Positions 13,183 to 30,431 of a stretch of DNA of 64,000 nt are shown here, one piece after another. This DNA comes from Eledone cirrhosa (Eukaryota): positions 41,292,001 through 41,356,000 of the forward strand of contig OZ024743.1 of the NCBI GenBank assembly GCA_964016885.1, in the 5' to 3' direction. The translations under genes and the position numbers were made by a program. The notes below the pieces were generated by a model. The model saw only the letters and a program-made list of their open reading frames with translations. It had not been told where the DNA came from and did no database searches. Position 1 is the stretch's first letter; every line of letters begins with the position of its first letter.

Positions 13183-15976
13183 TCAGGATTTGGGCACCAT
13201 GGCCCATTGGAGAAGAGAATTACTGTTTGCGGAGACATATCCTGGTGTGGGTGGTTTGTCCGCGATTACTTGGAGGAATTTGTCCAAAGACTTCTTGAAT
13301 TTTGTGTGGACAATTTCTGTTTTGACGTGTCCTTGTGTGATGTTGAAGAGAGTAGGCCCAATTGAGGTGAAATAATTGTGCCGTATTGTTGTTATGTGTT
13401 GCGATTTAGATTTTTGTTTGGGACGAATAGCACGGGGCCCAAGCCTTGGCTGTATTTTGAAGGTGATGCCAACATCATTTGGGCAGTGCTGATGAAACAT
13501 TTTCCACATCATGCAGATAATATAACGCTCACGGCGACGTTGGAGTGAGTAAAGTTTCAGCTTTTTAGTCGACCCCAGTAGTCAAGGTCTGAAATGCCAT
13601 CTATCTTTTTCGTGATTTCCCTTTGGGGAGCTTCAAGTTTCATGATACTTTGTTTCGTGTGGGGAGACCACAGTGGACAACAGTATTCAAGGTCTGGTCG
13701 GGCAAAGGTAGAGAAGAGAAGGATAATGGTGTGGGAATCTCTCGACTGGAAGGTTCTGGGGATCCAGGAACACATTCTACGGGCCATGTCAACTTTGATG
13801 CTTATATGCGTGGCCCAGCTTATGTTGCTGTCCACGGATACTCCCAAGTCTCTGATGTTGTTAGATGCCACGAGAGTTTCACCGGAGGGAAGGGAGTACG
13901 GGAGTTTCAGAGCATCCTCTTTTCCAAAGTGGATCAGTTCGAATTTGTCTTCGTTCAGTAACATGTTCTTTTCCGCCCATTGGGTAACAGCCAGTAGGTC
14001 TGACTGAAGTCTTATCCGGTCATCCACGCCATTGATGACCTTTTTGAGCTTGGAATCATCAGCTAAAATTCTAATGTTGCTGTGTTTGATGATGTCAGTG
14101 ATGTCATTAATATAGATGATGAAGAGAAGTGGGCCCAACACAGTGCCTTGTGGGACACCACTACTGACTTTGGCTGGGCTGGATTTGACTCCTTCGACTA
14201 CAACATGTTGGGTTTTGTTTGACAGGAAGCTCTTGATCCACTGCAGCAGCTTTCCAGTGACACCAATATTGGACAGCTTTCTCAGTAGAATGTTATGATC
14301 AACCCTGTCAAAGGCCTTGCTGAAATCAAGGTAGATAACATCAGTGTTGGAACCCTCTCCAAGACTCTCAAAATGTCATCAAAGTGATGCAGTAGCTGCG
14401 TCAGGCAATCCCTTCAATTACGGAATCCATGCTGGTTGGAGTTCAGCATATTGTTACTCTCAAGGAAGTGAGTCATTCGCGATCTCACCACTCTCTCAAA
14501 TACCTTAATGATATGAGAGGTGAGTGAGATTGGACGGTAATTCACGGCATGGGATTTGTTTCCTTTTTTGAAAACTGGGACAACGGACTGGGCTAGAATG
14601 TTTTCTGGCACATATCCAGCATCCAGTGAGTTCCGCCACAGATTGGCAAGAGGAGATGCAAGTTGGTGTTGACACGCCTTCAAGACACAAGCAGGAAACC
14701 TATAGGGATCTACTGCTGAATTATGCTTGATTTCCTTTATTGCCGCTAAGACATCAGGGGCGCCAAACGTTATGTCCGATAAGGTGTAATGGGGAGTAAC
14801 ATCGCCGATACAGCCCAGATCGGCCATATCAGGATTGCTGAAACAGAGCAGTATTGTTTCTGCAGTATCTCACCCATGGCTTATGTGTTGCTGCTGACAG
14901 TATTTCAGCTTGTTGATTTTTTTGTTAGTTCTCTTAATTTTCCTGATGAGCGTTTTTCTATTTCTAGGGATTCTGCTCTTAGATTTGTTTCTAGTTCTTA
15001 ATGGGGTGTGTTTTGCACATATGTTTGTAACAGTGTCCACAAATGTCTGCCAGGACTTTTTGATGTTAGTGGGTGTGTGAGTGTGCGTGAAGGACCAGTC
15101 GACATCTGCAAGATCATGACTGATCGCTTCCCAGTTTGCATTGTAGAAATCCATAGCGTCAAACGGAGGGACAGGAGAGATGACATTGGGTTTGTATAGT
15201 GGACGGTGGAATATCAGATCACAGAGAACCATGTCATGATCAGAGAGTAGAGTTTTCTCCACTGCAATATTGTGGATATTGTCAGTGTGTTTGCTGAAAA
15301 TTAAGTTTAGGACGTTTTTGTGGCACCTCGTTGGTTCGAGCACCAGTTGGGACAGGAAGAATTCATCCATGAAGTCAAGAAGCGATTCCACTGCTTCCCT
15401 GTCAGAGGTTGATGCAGAAGAACCTGGTGGCTGGCTGTTTGTGGACCAGTCAAGTCCGGGGAGGTTGAAGTCCCCCATCATTAAGATGTTGTCAGGGTGA
15501 CAATCTTGGATGAAACACTTTATGCTGTTGAGGCATTCCTTGAAGCATGGTAGAGGCGTTTGGGGTGGCCTATAGAGCCCAACTACTATTAGGTTGTTGG
15601 TTTGACTGAATACAGTGACTGCTTCGCAGTATCCATTAGTAAATATGTTCATAGCCTCTGTTGAGAAAGAATTATGGACATAAATGGCAGTCCCACCCTT
15701 TCTTCTGCCAGCGCGATCAGCACGGATGGCTTTGAAATTTTTCACTTTCACCTCGGCTTCCAAGTCGAGGTTACTGAGATGGGTTTCAGTGCGGACGTTG
15801 AAAGGGATGTGGTTTGGATGGACATCAACCCAGTCCTCCAGGAATTTGATATTCCATTTTTGAGTATTGGTGGAAGGGCTGATGCCTTGAGCGTTAAGCA
15901 TAAATGTTGAGGCGAGAGTGGATGGTTTTAATTGTTTTGGTGTGTTGTTAATTTGTTTGTTTGTTAATGGCAGCAA
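13183..15976 (-). pseudogene. LINE ORF2: APE endonuclease + reverse transcriptase, frameshifted
   Basis: LNAQG, TETHL, GGTAIYV, YRPP, MGDFN, SDH; YRPISLTS, QHGFR, GVPQGTVLGPLLF, LADD, DLGV, LEYCCPLWSP. Confidence 0.93.
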
Positions 15977-16189
15977 TGGGAGGTTGTGCAGTGGGGTGAT
16001 AGTGGAGGGTGGTGCTGGGTTATAGCTCGAATGTTTTTTTCCAGTTCTTTTGCCAAATTCATTATGGCGAAAAAAGAGGAAGAAGTTTCCTGTTTAGGAG
16101 TCTGTTGGTGACTGTGGTAGTGGTTATTTTTATGTAGGTTATGGTTTTTGTTTTTGCTTTTATTTTTATTTTTATTTTATTTTGTCCGA

Positions 16190-16824
16190 CGGGTCCCCGG
16201 GAGATGGGTAAAGGTACAATCCCGGTGTAAACACAATCTGTCTCGCAGGGAACGGCGGCAGATTTGTGGATTCCTTGTTTGAGTTATTGGTGGTTGTGTT
16301 GTTGTTAAATTAGAGTATGTATTATGGTGGTGGCTGTTTGTGGGGATAGACCGTTTTGTCCTAGGTAAATGGGTGAATTTGCAGCCACTATCCGTACATA
16401 TTCTATAGCGTAGAGAGTAGCGGCAAATGATGGGGTTTCGAGTGGGTGTGTATGTGTGTGTGTGTGTGTTGTGAGAGGTGTAGATGATGGTTTGAGTAGG
16501 TTTTGATGACCTTTGTGGGTTGTGGGAGGGAGAGTTCTTGTACTGGTATTAGAAGGTAAATTCCTTGAGATAGCAGTAGGCAAAGATGTTGTAGTAGTAG
16601 TAGTAGTAGTAGTAAGCAGAGGAGATGTTGGCATTAGCGATGATTGCCCTGTTGGGGCAGAGAAAGGAAGAGGCGTTTCCTGCTGTGAGACAGTGGCTAC
16701 TGGGAGGTCAATAGTTTCATTTAGTAGTTCGGCCATTGTTGATGAATCAAGGAGTGGTTCACACTGTTGTTGTTGTCGTTGTTGTTGCTGTTGTTGTTGT
16801 AGCTGTTATTGTTGTTGCCGTTGT

Positions 16825-16856
<32 letters not shown>

Positions 16857-17117
16857 CTGGACAGCATCCGAAGAAAAAACACAGCGTAGTTTATCCAAAT
16901 GTTTATTGAATAATTTAAAAGCAACTTCGATTTGCCTTAATTTATTTTGAATCTGTTGTTCAGATCGGGTTTTCAAAAGGTGAACTGTACGTTTAGCAAT
17001 GTCGTTCAGACATGAAGCATCTAGGTCTTCTGTTTGGGTAAGGCAATGCCATGTGTTTATTAGAATGTCGATTTCATTATCAGACCAGTTCTGTTTGGAT
17101 TTTTGCTGGTTAGCCAT
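16190..17117 (-). pseudogene. LINE ORF1: Myb/SANT-like N-terminus, polyQ, Thr-rich linker, two CCCH zinc fingers
   Basis: MANQQKSKQNWSDNEIDILINTW...RSEQQIQNKLRQIEVAFK; in-frame stop in the CAA repeat at 16806-16808; after a frameshift CRYSLRYRICTDSGCKFTH and CRRSLRDRLCLHRDCTFTH (Cx8Cx4Cx3H). Confidence 0.7.
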
Positions 17118-17472
17118 TCTAGCTTTGAGTGTGTGTGTTTTAGTTAAGTATTTCAATATATATATATATATATTTTTTTTCTTGTGTGTGAGTGAGAAGT
17201 GTATATATAAATATGAGTATATATATATAAATATATTCTGGTTATTTGAAATTAATGAAATTAATGAAAAGACGAAAGTATATAATAATTTGTAGTAAAA
17301 GTAAAATGTTCTCACACGTTGGTAAACACGTGGTTTCAAATATATAAGAATATAGATGTATGTAAATGTAATTGACCGGTCAATTTGGTTTGTTTGGTTT
17401 TGTTTTGTAGCTGTGTGACATGCTGCTTACTCAGGGAGAGAAGTGAAAACACGTCTTTATACTTCAACACCA

Positions 17473-18431
<959 letters not shown>

Positions 18432-18579
18432 TTATACTTTGGGAGGGTCATGTTGCCAATAAGAAACACACGCACCAGTGTTTCACTTCAATTTATTAAA
18501 ATAAATTTATAATAAATTTATAAATTTATAAATTTCTGGTTGGTTGGTTGGTTCCACAACCAGATAGTTGTTTATATAT

Positions 18580-18624
18580 AGTCATAGTTCTTTCGTCACA
18601 CACTCTGTGACCTCTTCAGTGACT
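18580..18624 (-). ncRNA. Minimal type I HHR in the Penelope pLTR (mutated copy 19051-19095 +, deleted copy 23013-23045 +)
   Basis: agtca-CTGAAGA-g-gtcaca-gagtg-tgtgac-GAAA-gaac-TA-tgact; one extra G before stem II. Confidence 0.7.
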
Positions 18625-19351
18625 GGGGATTCCTTTCTTTGTTTCTCTGCCTCTCCTTTGTTCTGTCCTATGCCATTTTGCTTCTGTGTGTTTGTTGTGT
18701 GCTCAGTCTGCGCATGCGCTACATGCGGGTGTCTGTGTGTGTTTATGTTCATTTATTTATTTGTTTATTTACATGTTACTGGTTGGTTGTTTGTTCTATG
18801 TGTATGTGTGTTTTCATGTGTGGAACAGCAACATCACAACTTACAATTAAGGACAAAATGAAAACACACACACACATAGAACAAACAACCAACCAGTAAC
18901 ATGTAAATAAACAAATAAATAAATGAACATAAACACACACAGACACCCGGATGTGGCGCATGCGCAGACTGAGCACACAACACACACACAGAATCAAAAT
19001 GGCGTAGGACAGAACAAAGGAGAGGCACAGAAAAAAAGAAAGGAATCCCCAGTCACTGAAGAGGTCACAGAGTGTGTGACAAAAGAACTATGACTATATA
19101 TAAACAACTATCTGGTTGTGGAAGCAACCAACCAACCAGAAATTTATAAATTTATAAATTTATTATAAATTTATTATAATAAATTGAAGTGAAATAAACT
19201 GGTGCGTGTGTTTCTTATTGGCAACATGACCCTCCCAAAGTATAACAATATCGGTTTCAACACACGATTTCAGATAAATTATCTTGCTAAACAAATTCAG
19301 AAATGAAATATCGTAAGCCCTAGCCAGGCTAACAAGATACTGAAAACCACC

Positions 19352-22300
19352 ATGTTCTGTTGTCTACGAAAAACCATAACATCTCGACAACTACACTTCA
19401 TAAAAGAATGTGCCTCATCCCGAGTTTACACCAACACCATCAACACCGACGTTAGAAGATTACAACTCACCAAAAAACGAGCAGATAGGCTAAAACGAAC
19501 ATTAATTCTAAACATAAAAAAGAAGATCTATAGAGAATTAAGTCATCAAGAAAAACATAAGCGTAACCTAATACAAGAAATAGCTAGGATCACCACACCA
19601 AGAGAGAAACTAATATTTATAAGCCTTATACACCCTGACGAACTGTACATTACTCAAGAATGTGATAAGCACTTTAACAAGAAACTAAAGTGGCTTAAGC
19701 AGATAAAGCTAAATCAGGATACTATAGAGAATACCAATAGATATCCCGACAAAATTGACGGTATAAATATGGCCGACACCTCATTAACAGAAGAGTTCAA
19801 CAACAACAACAACACAAATATATACGGTAACACAAGAATAGATGACGATGAGATGTATGTGTTATGTTTACCCCCGAAATTTGTGACATTCAAGAAGGTA
19901 AATATGATTAGTTGTCTATCAGAAATAGAAAAAATCATTTACAAAAGTACGCGGGGGTCTCAAAAACAAAAACAAAAACAAGAGCAACAATATACGCACA
20001 CACATATACAACCCACATCCCAACAACAACAGACACACAGACACAAACAACAATAACAACAACACACACACCAACAACAATAACAATAACAATATACCCA
20101 GAAACAACAACAGACACGCAGACACAAACAACAATAACAACACACACAACAATAATAACACATACGGAGACAACAACAACACACATCAACAACAGCACAC
20201 ATCAATAACAACAACACACACACATTCAATGCCTCTCACCACCACCACAATCTTAACAAACACACAGACACACAAAATAGGGTAGATAACAACAATGAGC
20301 CAGTGGAAAGAGACAGGAGTAATTGTGAGAGACATAGAAACAACCATTACGCTGTTGGTGGAAATAGAAATAGAAACAACACAACTAACAATAACAATAG
20401 CACTAGTACACATAAAGCAGCAGCCTGGAACTCTACGTTTTATAATCCCTCCGATAAATCATTCGACCTGTGACGAGTCCACCCCACGCGACTTTAGCAT
20501 TTAACAAACGCACGCAATTGCCGTCGCAGGTCGATGAACAAACAGAAGCACAATTTAGTATAGCTAGATCCGAACTTAGAAATATTATAGAACAGTATAG
20601 CAAGAAGCATAATAGAATGGAGGCCCAGCAACTGGGAGAAAAATCTGCAAATGGCTTGCGTAAGCTCATGCAGCGCTCATGTAATAGAGAGATAGCATGC
20701 TTTCCAACAGACAAGTCTGGCAGAATGTCGGTTGACAGCCTGCCAAACTACATCCAGGCAATGCAACCCCACATCACTAACACAAGAGAGGTAACACCAC
20801 AGGAGCATGAGGATAGAGAAAAAGCCCTCAATGCCCATATGGTGATGTGGAAGAATATAATGCAGCCCAACAAAAGGACTGCCAACAACTTCCAGGCCTG
20901 GAACAATGACGTGCCGGCGTTGTATGGGCTTCGAAAATACCATAAAACGGGCTGTGACCCTGTCGCGGGTCCACCAACACGGCCAGTCTGTGGAGCTAAC
21001 ATTGCTAGTAACTACAGACTGTCTTACTTCCTCTCCCTGATCATACGCCCCATCATTGAAATGTCCCCAGATGTATGTGGCAGAACGGAGGACCTCCTCA
21101 GCAGAATCGGCGTGAGTAACCGATCTGGGGACCTAATAAACTGCATAATAGGCAGTATGGATGTTGTGTCCCTGTATCCATCTATTGACGTGGATTTTGC
21201 TGTGGAGAAATGCGTAGAAATGATCAGTGAGAGCAAGGTTGAGTTCCGTGGGATTGATACCAGTGAGCTGGGACTCCTACTTAAACTTACCTATTGTAAT
21301 AATTACCTAGACACATATGACCTTAGCAACCAGTGCCCTACAAGACCAGCAAGAGGCAGACCGCCTACCATTACCTCAATGGCCAAGAAAACCAACACAT
21401 ATAGATAGAACGGGTGGATCAGAGCCATACGGACACCCGAAAACCACGATGAACTGAAGAAAATGATTGCACATGCGGTAGGGGCCAGCATAAAATTAAC
21501 CCTTAAGGAACATATGTTCAAATTTAATGGAAAAACATATGCCCAAGAGGAAGGAGCAGCCATTGGTGTTAGCATTGCAGGCGACATAGCTAACTTATTC
21601 ATGGTATGGTGGGGCAGTAGACTTAAACTTAAACTTAAAGAACAATTAGAAGACCCCTTAACCCTCATAATGTACTCCCGCTACGTAGATGATATAAACA
21701 TCGTAGTTAAGACACCCCCACTAGAGAACAGTCAGGAACTAGAGAAAAACACAATGGAAAGCATACAGCAAATAGCAAACTCCATCCACCAGAGCATTAG
21801 AGTTACTATAGACTACCCAAGTAAACACCCCAACCATCGATTACCTGTACTAGACACAGAGCTCTGGTTAGATACCATTAACAACAAAAAACAAATCCTC
21901 CATTCCCATTATGCCAAACCCATGACTTCCAAACATCTGATCCACCGAAACTCGGCCGTTTCGGACCATACCAAAATCAACATACTGATTGCGGATTTGG
22001 TACGGGTGATGAGAAATGTGTCCCGCATGTGCAACACCGAAGAACTAGAGAGACACATACAACACTTCATCCACCGTATGCAGTTCTCTGGCTACAATCA
22101 GAGAGATAAAATCAGAGTGTATAGAGGAGCCAGAACCAAATGGGAAAAAATGGTAAATAATGACATAAATGGGACCTGCCCCTTGTATAGGAGCAAATTT
22201 TGGAATAGAATAGAAAGAACTAGGAACAAGGCTAATAGAATAAACTCATGGTATGATAGCAATAAATACCAGAGTGTAATGTTCATCGATACAACCCCTA

Positions 22301-22790
22301 GAGGTGAATTAGCTTACAAATTTTGAAGGGCCCTAAATAAACATAAACTCAATATTAAGATAGTAGAAAGACCAGGTACCTCCGTAAAAACACTTATTAG
22401 CAAGACATACCCTTTTCAAAGACCCTCATATATAGATAAGTAATGTATAACCTGTAAAATAAGCCCCCATATTAACTGTAAAACTAGAAATGTAGTGTAT
22501 AGCATAAGATGTACTGAAGGACAATGTAGAGACAAAAATATAGTGTACATAGGTGAGACAGCTCGTAGTGTAGGGGAAAGGATAAATGAACACTGGCGAG
22601 ACCTTCAAGATAATAAAGAATCATCTGTACTCTAGCAACATGCTAAAATAGAACACAGGGGTAAATTAGAAAACATAGAGATAAAAATTGAAATCTACAC
22701 ACAGAAAAGACGCAATGTTTAGACAAATTACAGAGGCAATAAACATAAAAGAATTACGACCAAAATTAAATAGAAAATATGAGTGGAACA
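19352..22790 (+). pseudogene. Penelope RT + GIY-YIG endonuclease, with stops and frameshifts
   Basis: PTDKSGR, PTRPV, SMDVVSLYPSI, GAAIG, YSRYVDD, LPVLD; then CITC, NCKTRNVVYSIRC, YIGETARSVGERINEH, RQITEA, PKLNRKYEW; stops at 21406 and 22324 and further on. Confidence 0.92.
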
Positions 22791-23319
22791 CAACATCACA
22801 ACTTACAATTAAGGACAAAATGAAAACACACACACACATAGAACAAACAACCAACCAGTAACATGTAAATAAACAAATAAATAAATGAACATAAACACAC
22901 ACAGACACCCGGATGTGGCGCATGCGCAGACTGAGCACACAACACACACACAGAAGCAAAATGGCGTAGGACAGAACAAAGGAGAGGCACAGAAACACAG
23001 AAAGCAATCCCCAGTCACAGAGTGTGTGACAAAAGAACTATGACTATATATAAACAACTATCTGGTTGTGGAAGCAACCAGCCAACCAGAAATTTATAAA
23101 TTTATAAATTTATTATAATAAATTGAAGTGAAAGCAACTGGTGCGTATGTTTCTTATTGGCAACATGACACTCCCAAAGTATAACAATATCGGTTTCAAC
23201 ACACGATTTTAGATAAAGAATTTTGCTAAACAAATTCAGAAACGAAATATATATATATGAATACATATATATAAGAAACGGTATATATTTAATCTAATAA
23301 TTCTAAAGACATGATTTAT

Positions 23320-25407
<2,088 letters not shown>

Positions 25408-26176
25408 ATTAATAAAATAATGAATAAACAAAGAAACAGTTCCTTATATTAAAAAAATTCATCATTTTACGATCGTTTCTAGGATATATATGTGTTAGAG
25501 TTGGTATGCATATTCTATAGATCTATGTACAATATTTATACAAACTATCAGAGGGAATATACATACCTACACATATATATGCTGTCTTCAGAAATAATGA
25601 TATTTGTTTATTGAAAAAAACAAAAATTCAATACAATAGGTCTGTTTGGGAACAGGTTTTGAATTGACCAATACAGAGATAGTGAGGGTCAAGATATTAA
25701 TATAGTAGTAGAAGAACCTTAAATTATGGGTAGAGGAAGGTCTATTTCAGTTTTAGATGGAAAAGAATATTATGAATGAAGGATTATTTTAGGGAAGGAG
25801 TAGGTCTTGTAATGACCTCAGAAATGATTTTATTTGTTCATTGAATAAAACCAACCAATAAGACAGCATATATATGTGTAGGTATGTATATTCCCTCTGA
25901 TAGTTTGTATAAATATTGTACATAGATCTATAGAATATGCATACCAACTCTAACACATGTGTATCCTAGAAACGATCGTAAAATGATGAATTTTTTTAAT
26001 ATAAGGAACGGTTTCCTTGTTTATTCATTATTTTATTAATTTATCTTGACTCTGTTTTCCGTTTATTTTTCACCGAAAGTAGTTTTTGAATGCATCTTCT
26101 CTTTTCATGATATCCGGATTACATTGAGTTCTTCATACGGATTGGCCACTACCGTAAACTTTTGGTAGATTTATCT

Positions 26177-26178
<2 letters not shown>
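25408..26178. mobile_element. Head-to-head pLTR-like element with HHR
   Basis: 25408-25588 is the reverse complement of 25860-26040; both outer ends run into TA tracts. Confidence 0.75.
25459..25600 (-). ncRNA. Type I HHR with ~105-nt stem II
   Basis: tcattattt-CTGAAGA-[long hairpin: atatatatgtgt/acacatatatat, ggtatgtatattc/gaatatgcatacc]-GAAAC-gatc-GTA-aaatgatga. Confidence 0.8.
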
Positions 26179-26200
<22 letters not shown>

Positions 26201-26207
<7 letters not shown>

Positions 26208-27027
26208 CGGACACACACATATACATGAATGCATCCACACCCAACCGTGAGTTAATGGTGCCAACCTCACCGATGTTGCTCAATGAATGACTGGGACAGA
26301 CCAATCCGGTTGAATTAGACTGAAACAGTATCAGAGTTAAAAATACATTATGAAGAGAGAAGAGGAATCTAGGAGCAGTTTAGGTATGATACATTTTATT
26401 ACTAATTATATCTAAATGTTTCTTCTCTCTTCATAATGTATTTTTAACTCTGATACTGGTTCAGTCTAATTCAACCGGATTGGTCTGTCCCAGTCATTCA
26501 TTGAGCAACATCGGTGAGGTTGGCACCATTAACTCACGGTTGGATGTGGATGCATTCATGTATATGTGTGTGTCTTCATGTATCTGTGTGTTTCTAAATA
26601 TATTGTTAACAACTCCCTCTGGTCGAGTAATCTTTGAAGTGTGGTGACTGCTGGAAAGCTGCCATTACTCATACTTCTCGCCTCCTTCACCACCTCTTCT
26701 ACGGCTTCGATATAAATACCCCCTCCGCCTCCGTGGTATTTTCTTCGGGGTTATAAGAGGCTTAGCTCTGTTTCTCGACCGTTATATCGCGTGACTATCT
26801 CCCCCTCCGCCTTTTGGGATTCTTTCTCACGTCGTGTAGACGCGCTCTTGATGCTAGTAAAATGAGGTATCCTCTTGATAAGTCGGCAGACCTCGCAAAG
26901 ACTCTATATCTTTATGATGTATTGTTTTTGTTTATGCCACGAAACTACGTAGTCGAGGAATCTAGGAGCAGTTTAGGTATGATACATTTTATTACTAATT
27001 ATATTTAATGTTTCTTCTCTCTTCATA

Positions 27028-27030
<3 letters not shown>
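26201..27030 (+). mobile_element. 593-nt retrozyme-like monomer plus ~76-nt terminal redundancy and inverted 5' arm
   Basis: 26362-26439 repeats at 26955-27030; 26201-26363 is the reverse complement of ~26420-26583. Confidence 0.8.
26870..26959 (+). ncRNA. Type I HHR with U3-A8 variant core
   Basis: tcctc-TTGATAA-gtcggca...tgccac-GAAAC-tacgta-GTC-gagga; palindromic ACTACGTAGT at stem III. Confidence 0.75.
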
Positions 27031-27101
<71 letters not shown>

Positions 27102-27415
27102 GTCTATTTTCCTTAATGTATATATATATATAGTGAGAGAGATAGAGAGGCGGGGAGAAAAAGAAATGGAAGTGGAAATAGCAATAAAAGTATATATAAG
27201 GGGTCTGTCTTTCTTTTTTTCTTCTTTGATTCATCGAAGTGACATGATTGTAAAAATCACAGGCAGACTATAAAAAAGGAGTTTTATAATGTATATAAAC
27301 ATAACCGGTGTCGGTGTAATCCATCTTATCAATAAAAAGAATTAAAAAGAATTATTAATCCAAGATTTAAAATTAAGTGTTGAAGCAGTTTTGTTCATCT
27401 CCTTTGTTGAGAAGA

Positions 27416-29645
<2,230 letters not shown>

Positions 29646-29650
29646 GGAGC

Positions 29651-30327
29651 ATGGCTGATGGGTCTCCAACAAGCAAAAAAAAAAAAAAGATGGCGGAGAA
29701 CCTGAAGAACCATCGGTTTCTGAGGACCCTGGCACAGATAGAGAGAAATAGAAAAGAAATTGTGAAGGCGTATGTCCTCATAGCGCCACATATGGAGATG
29801 CTAAGCCATGTCCTCAGGGAGGAGAAAACCGAAGAGAGGGATGAGGAGCAAGAGAGGGAAAGGGAAAGGAAAAAGAAAAGGAGGAGCGCACAAGCACGGA
29901 CCTGAAAGAAAATGATATACCCTCCGCCACATGCAGGGAGGGCAGGCCGGGCAACCAATAAGCAAAGGGCAAAGGTGAAAAGCGAAATCACCTTCCGAAG
30001 GAGAACCAAGCGCAGAGGGACCAGTGGACAACTGTTCAAAGGAAGAACAGAAAGCACCGAGACACTAGGAGCAAAAAAACCCAAGTAATGTGCAAGTTTT
30101 TCAAGAACGGGACATGCTGACATGGAGAGACAGGGATGGGATGCAGATTCGCCCACCCTAGGTCTCAAACGAACTATGCCCATCATACTCGCGCAACATG
30201 CCCTAGCCAAAGCCGAAATAAGCCGCTCCAGAAGTATGCTGATGTCGCGCGTGCCGCACCAACAAGGAGAAGGCACGCACATGCCGACGAGATACAGATG
30301 GCAGCAGCAGATCAGAAAAATGTTTAA
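29651..30327 (+). pseudogene. LINE ORF1 remnant: charged coiled-coil-like region and CCCH zinc finger
   Basis: [22 protein letters not shown]; [21 protein letters not shown] after a frameshift. Confidence 0.6.
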
Positions 30328-30431
30328 ATGATGGCAGAGAAGATTGTGGGACAGCTGACCTGGCTGCATCTTCTCCAGAGCCAGAGTCATCCACACCAGC
30401 ACTCGAGACCACCACAGTTAAGGGACCCAGA

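Larger units (their letters stand above)
18430..23250 (+). mobile_element. Penelope-like element (C-terminal GIY-YIG, Neptune-like) with direct pLTRs and a 5' inverted pLTR
   Basis: Inverted pLTR 18430-18817; direct pLTRs 18816-19311 and 22779-23250; RT-endonuclease reading frame between them; flanked by (TA)n. Confidence 0.93.

Noticed and set aside
13594-14007. Antisense ORFs over LINE, Penelope and Gypsy coding regions
   Set aside because: Shadow frames of the transposon genes on the other strand
22324-22326. In-frame TGA in the Penelope ORF as selenocysteine (as in Naiad elements)
   Set aside because: Endonuclease is C-terminal and the frame also has TAG/TAA stops and frameshifts; ordinary decay is enough
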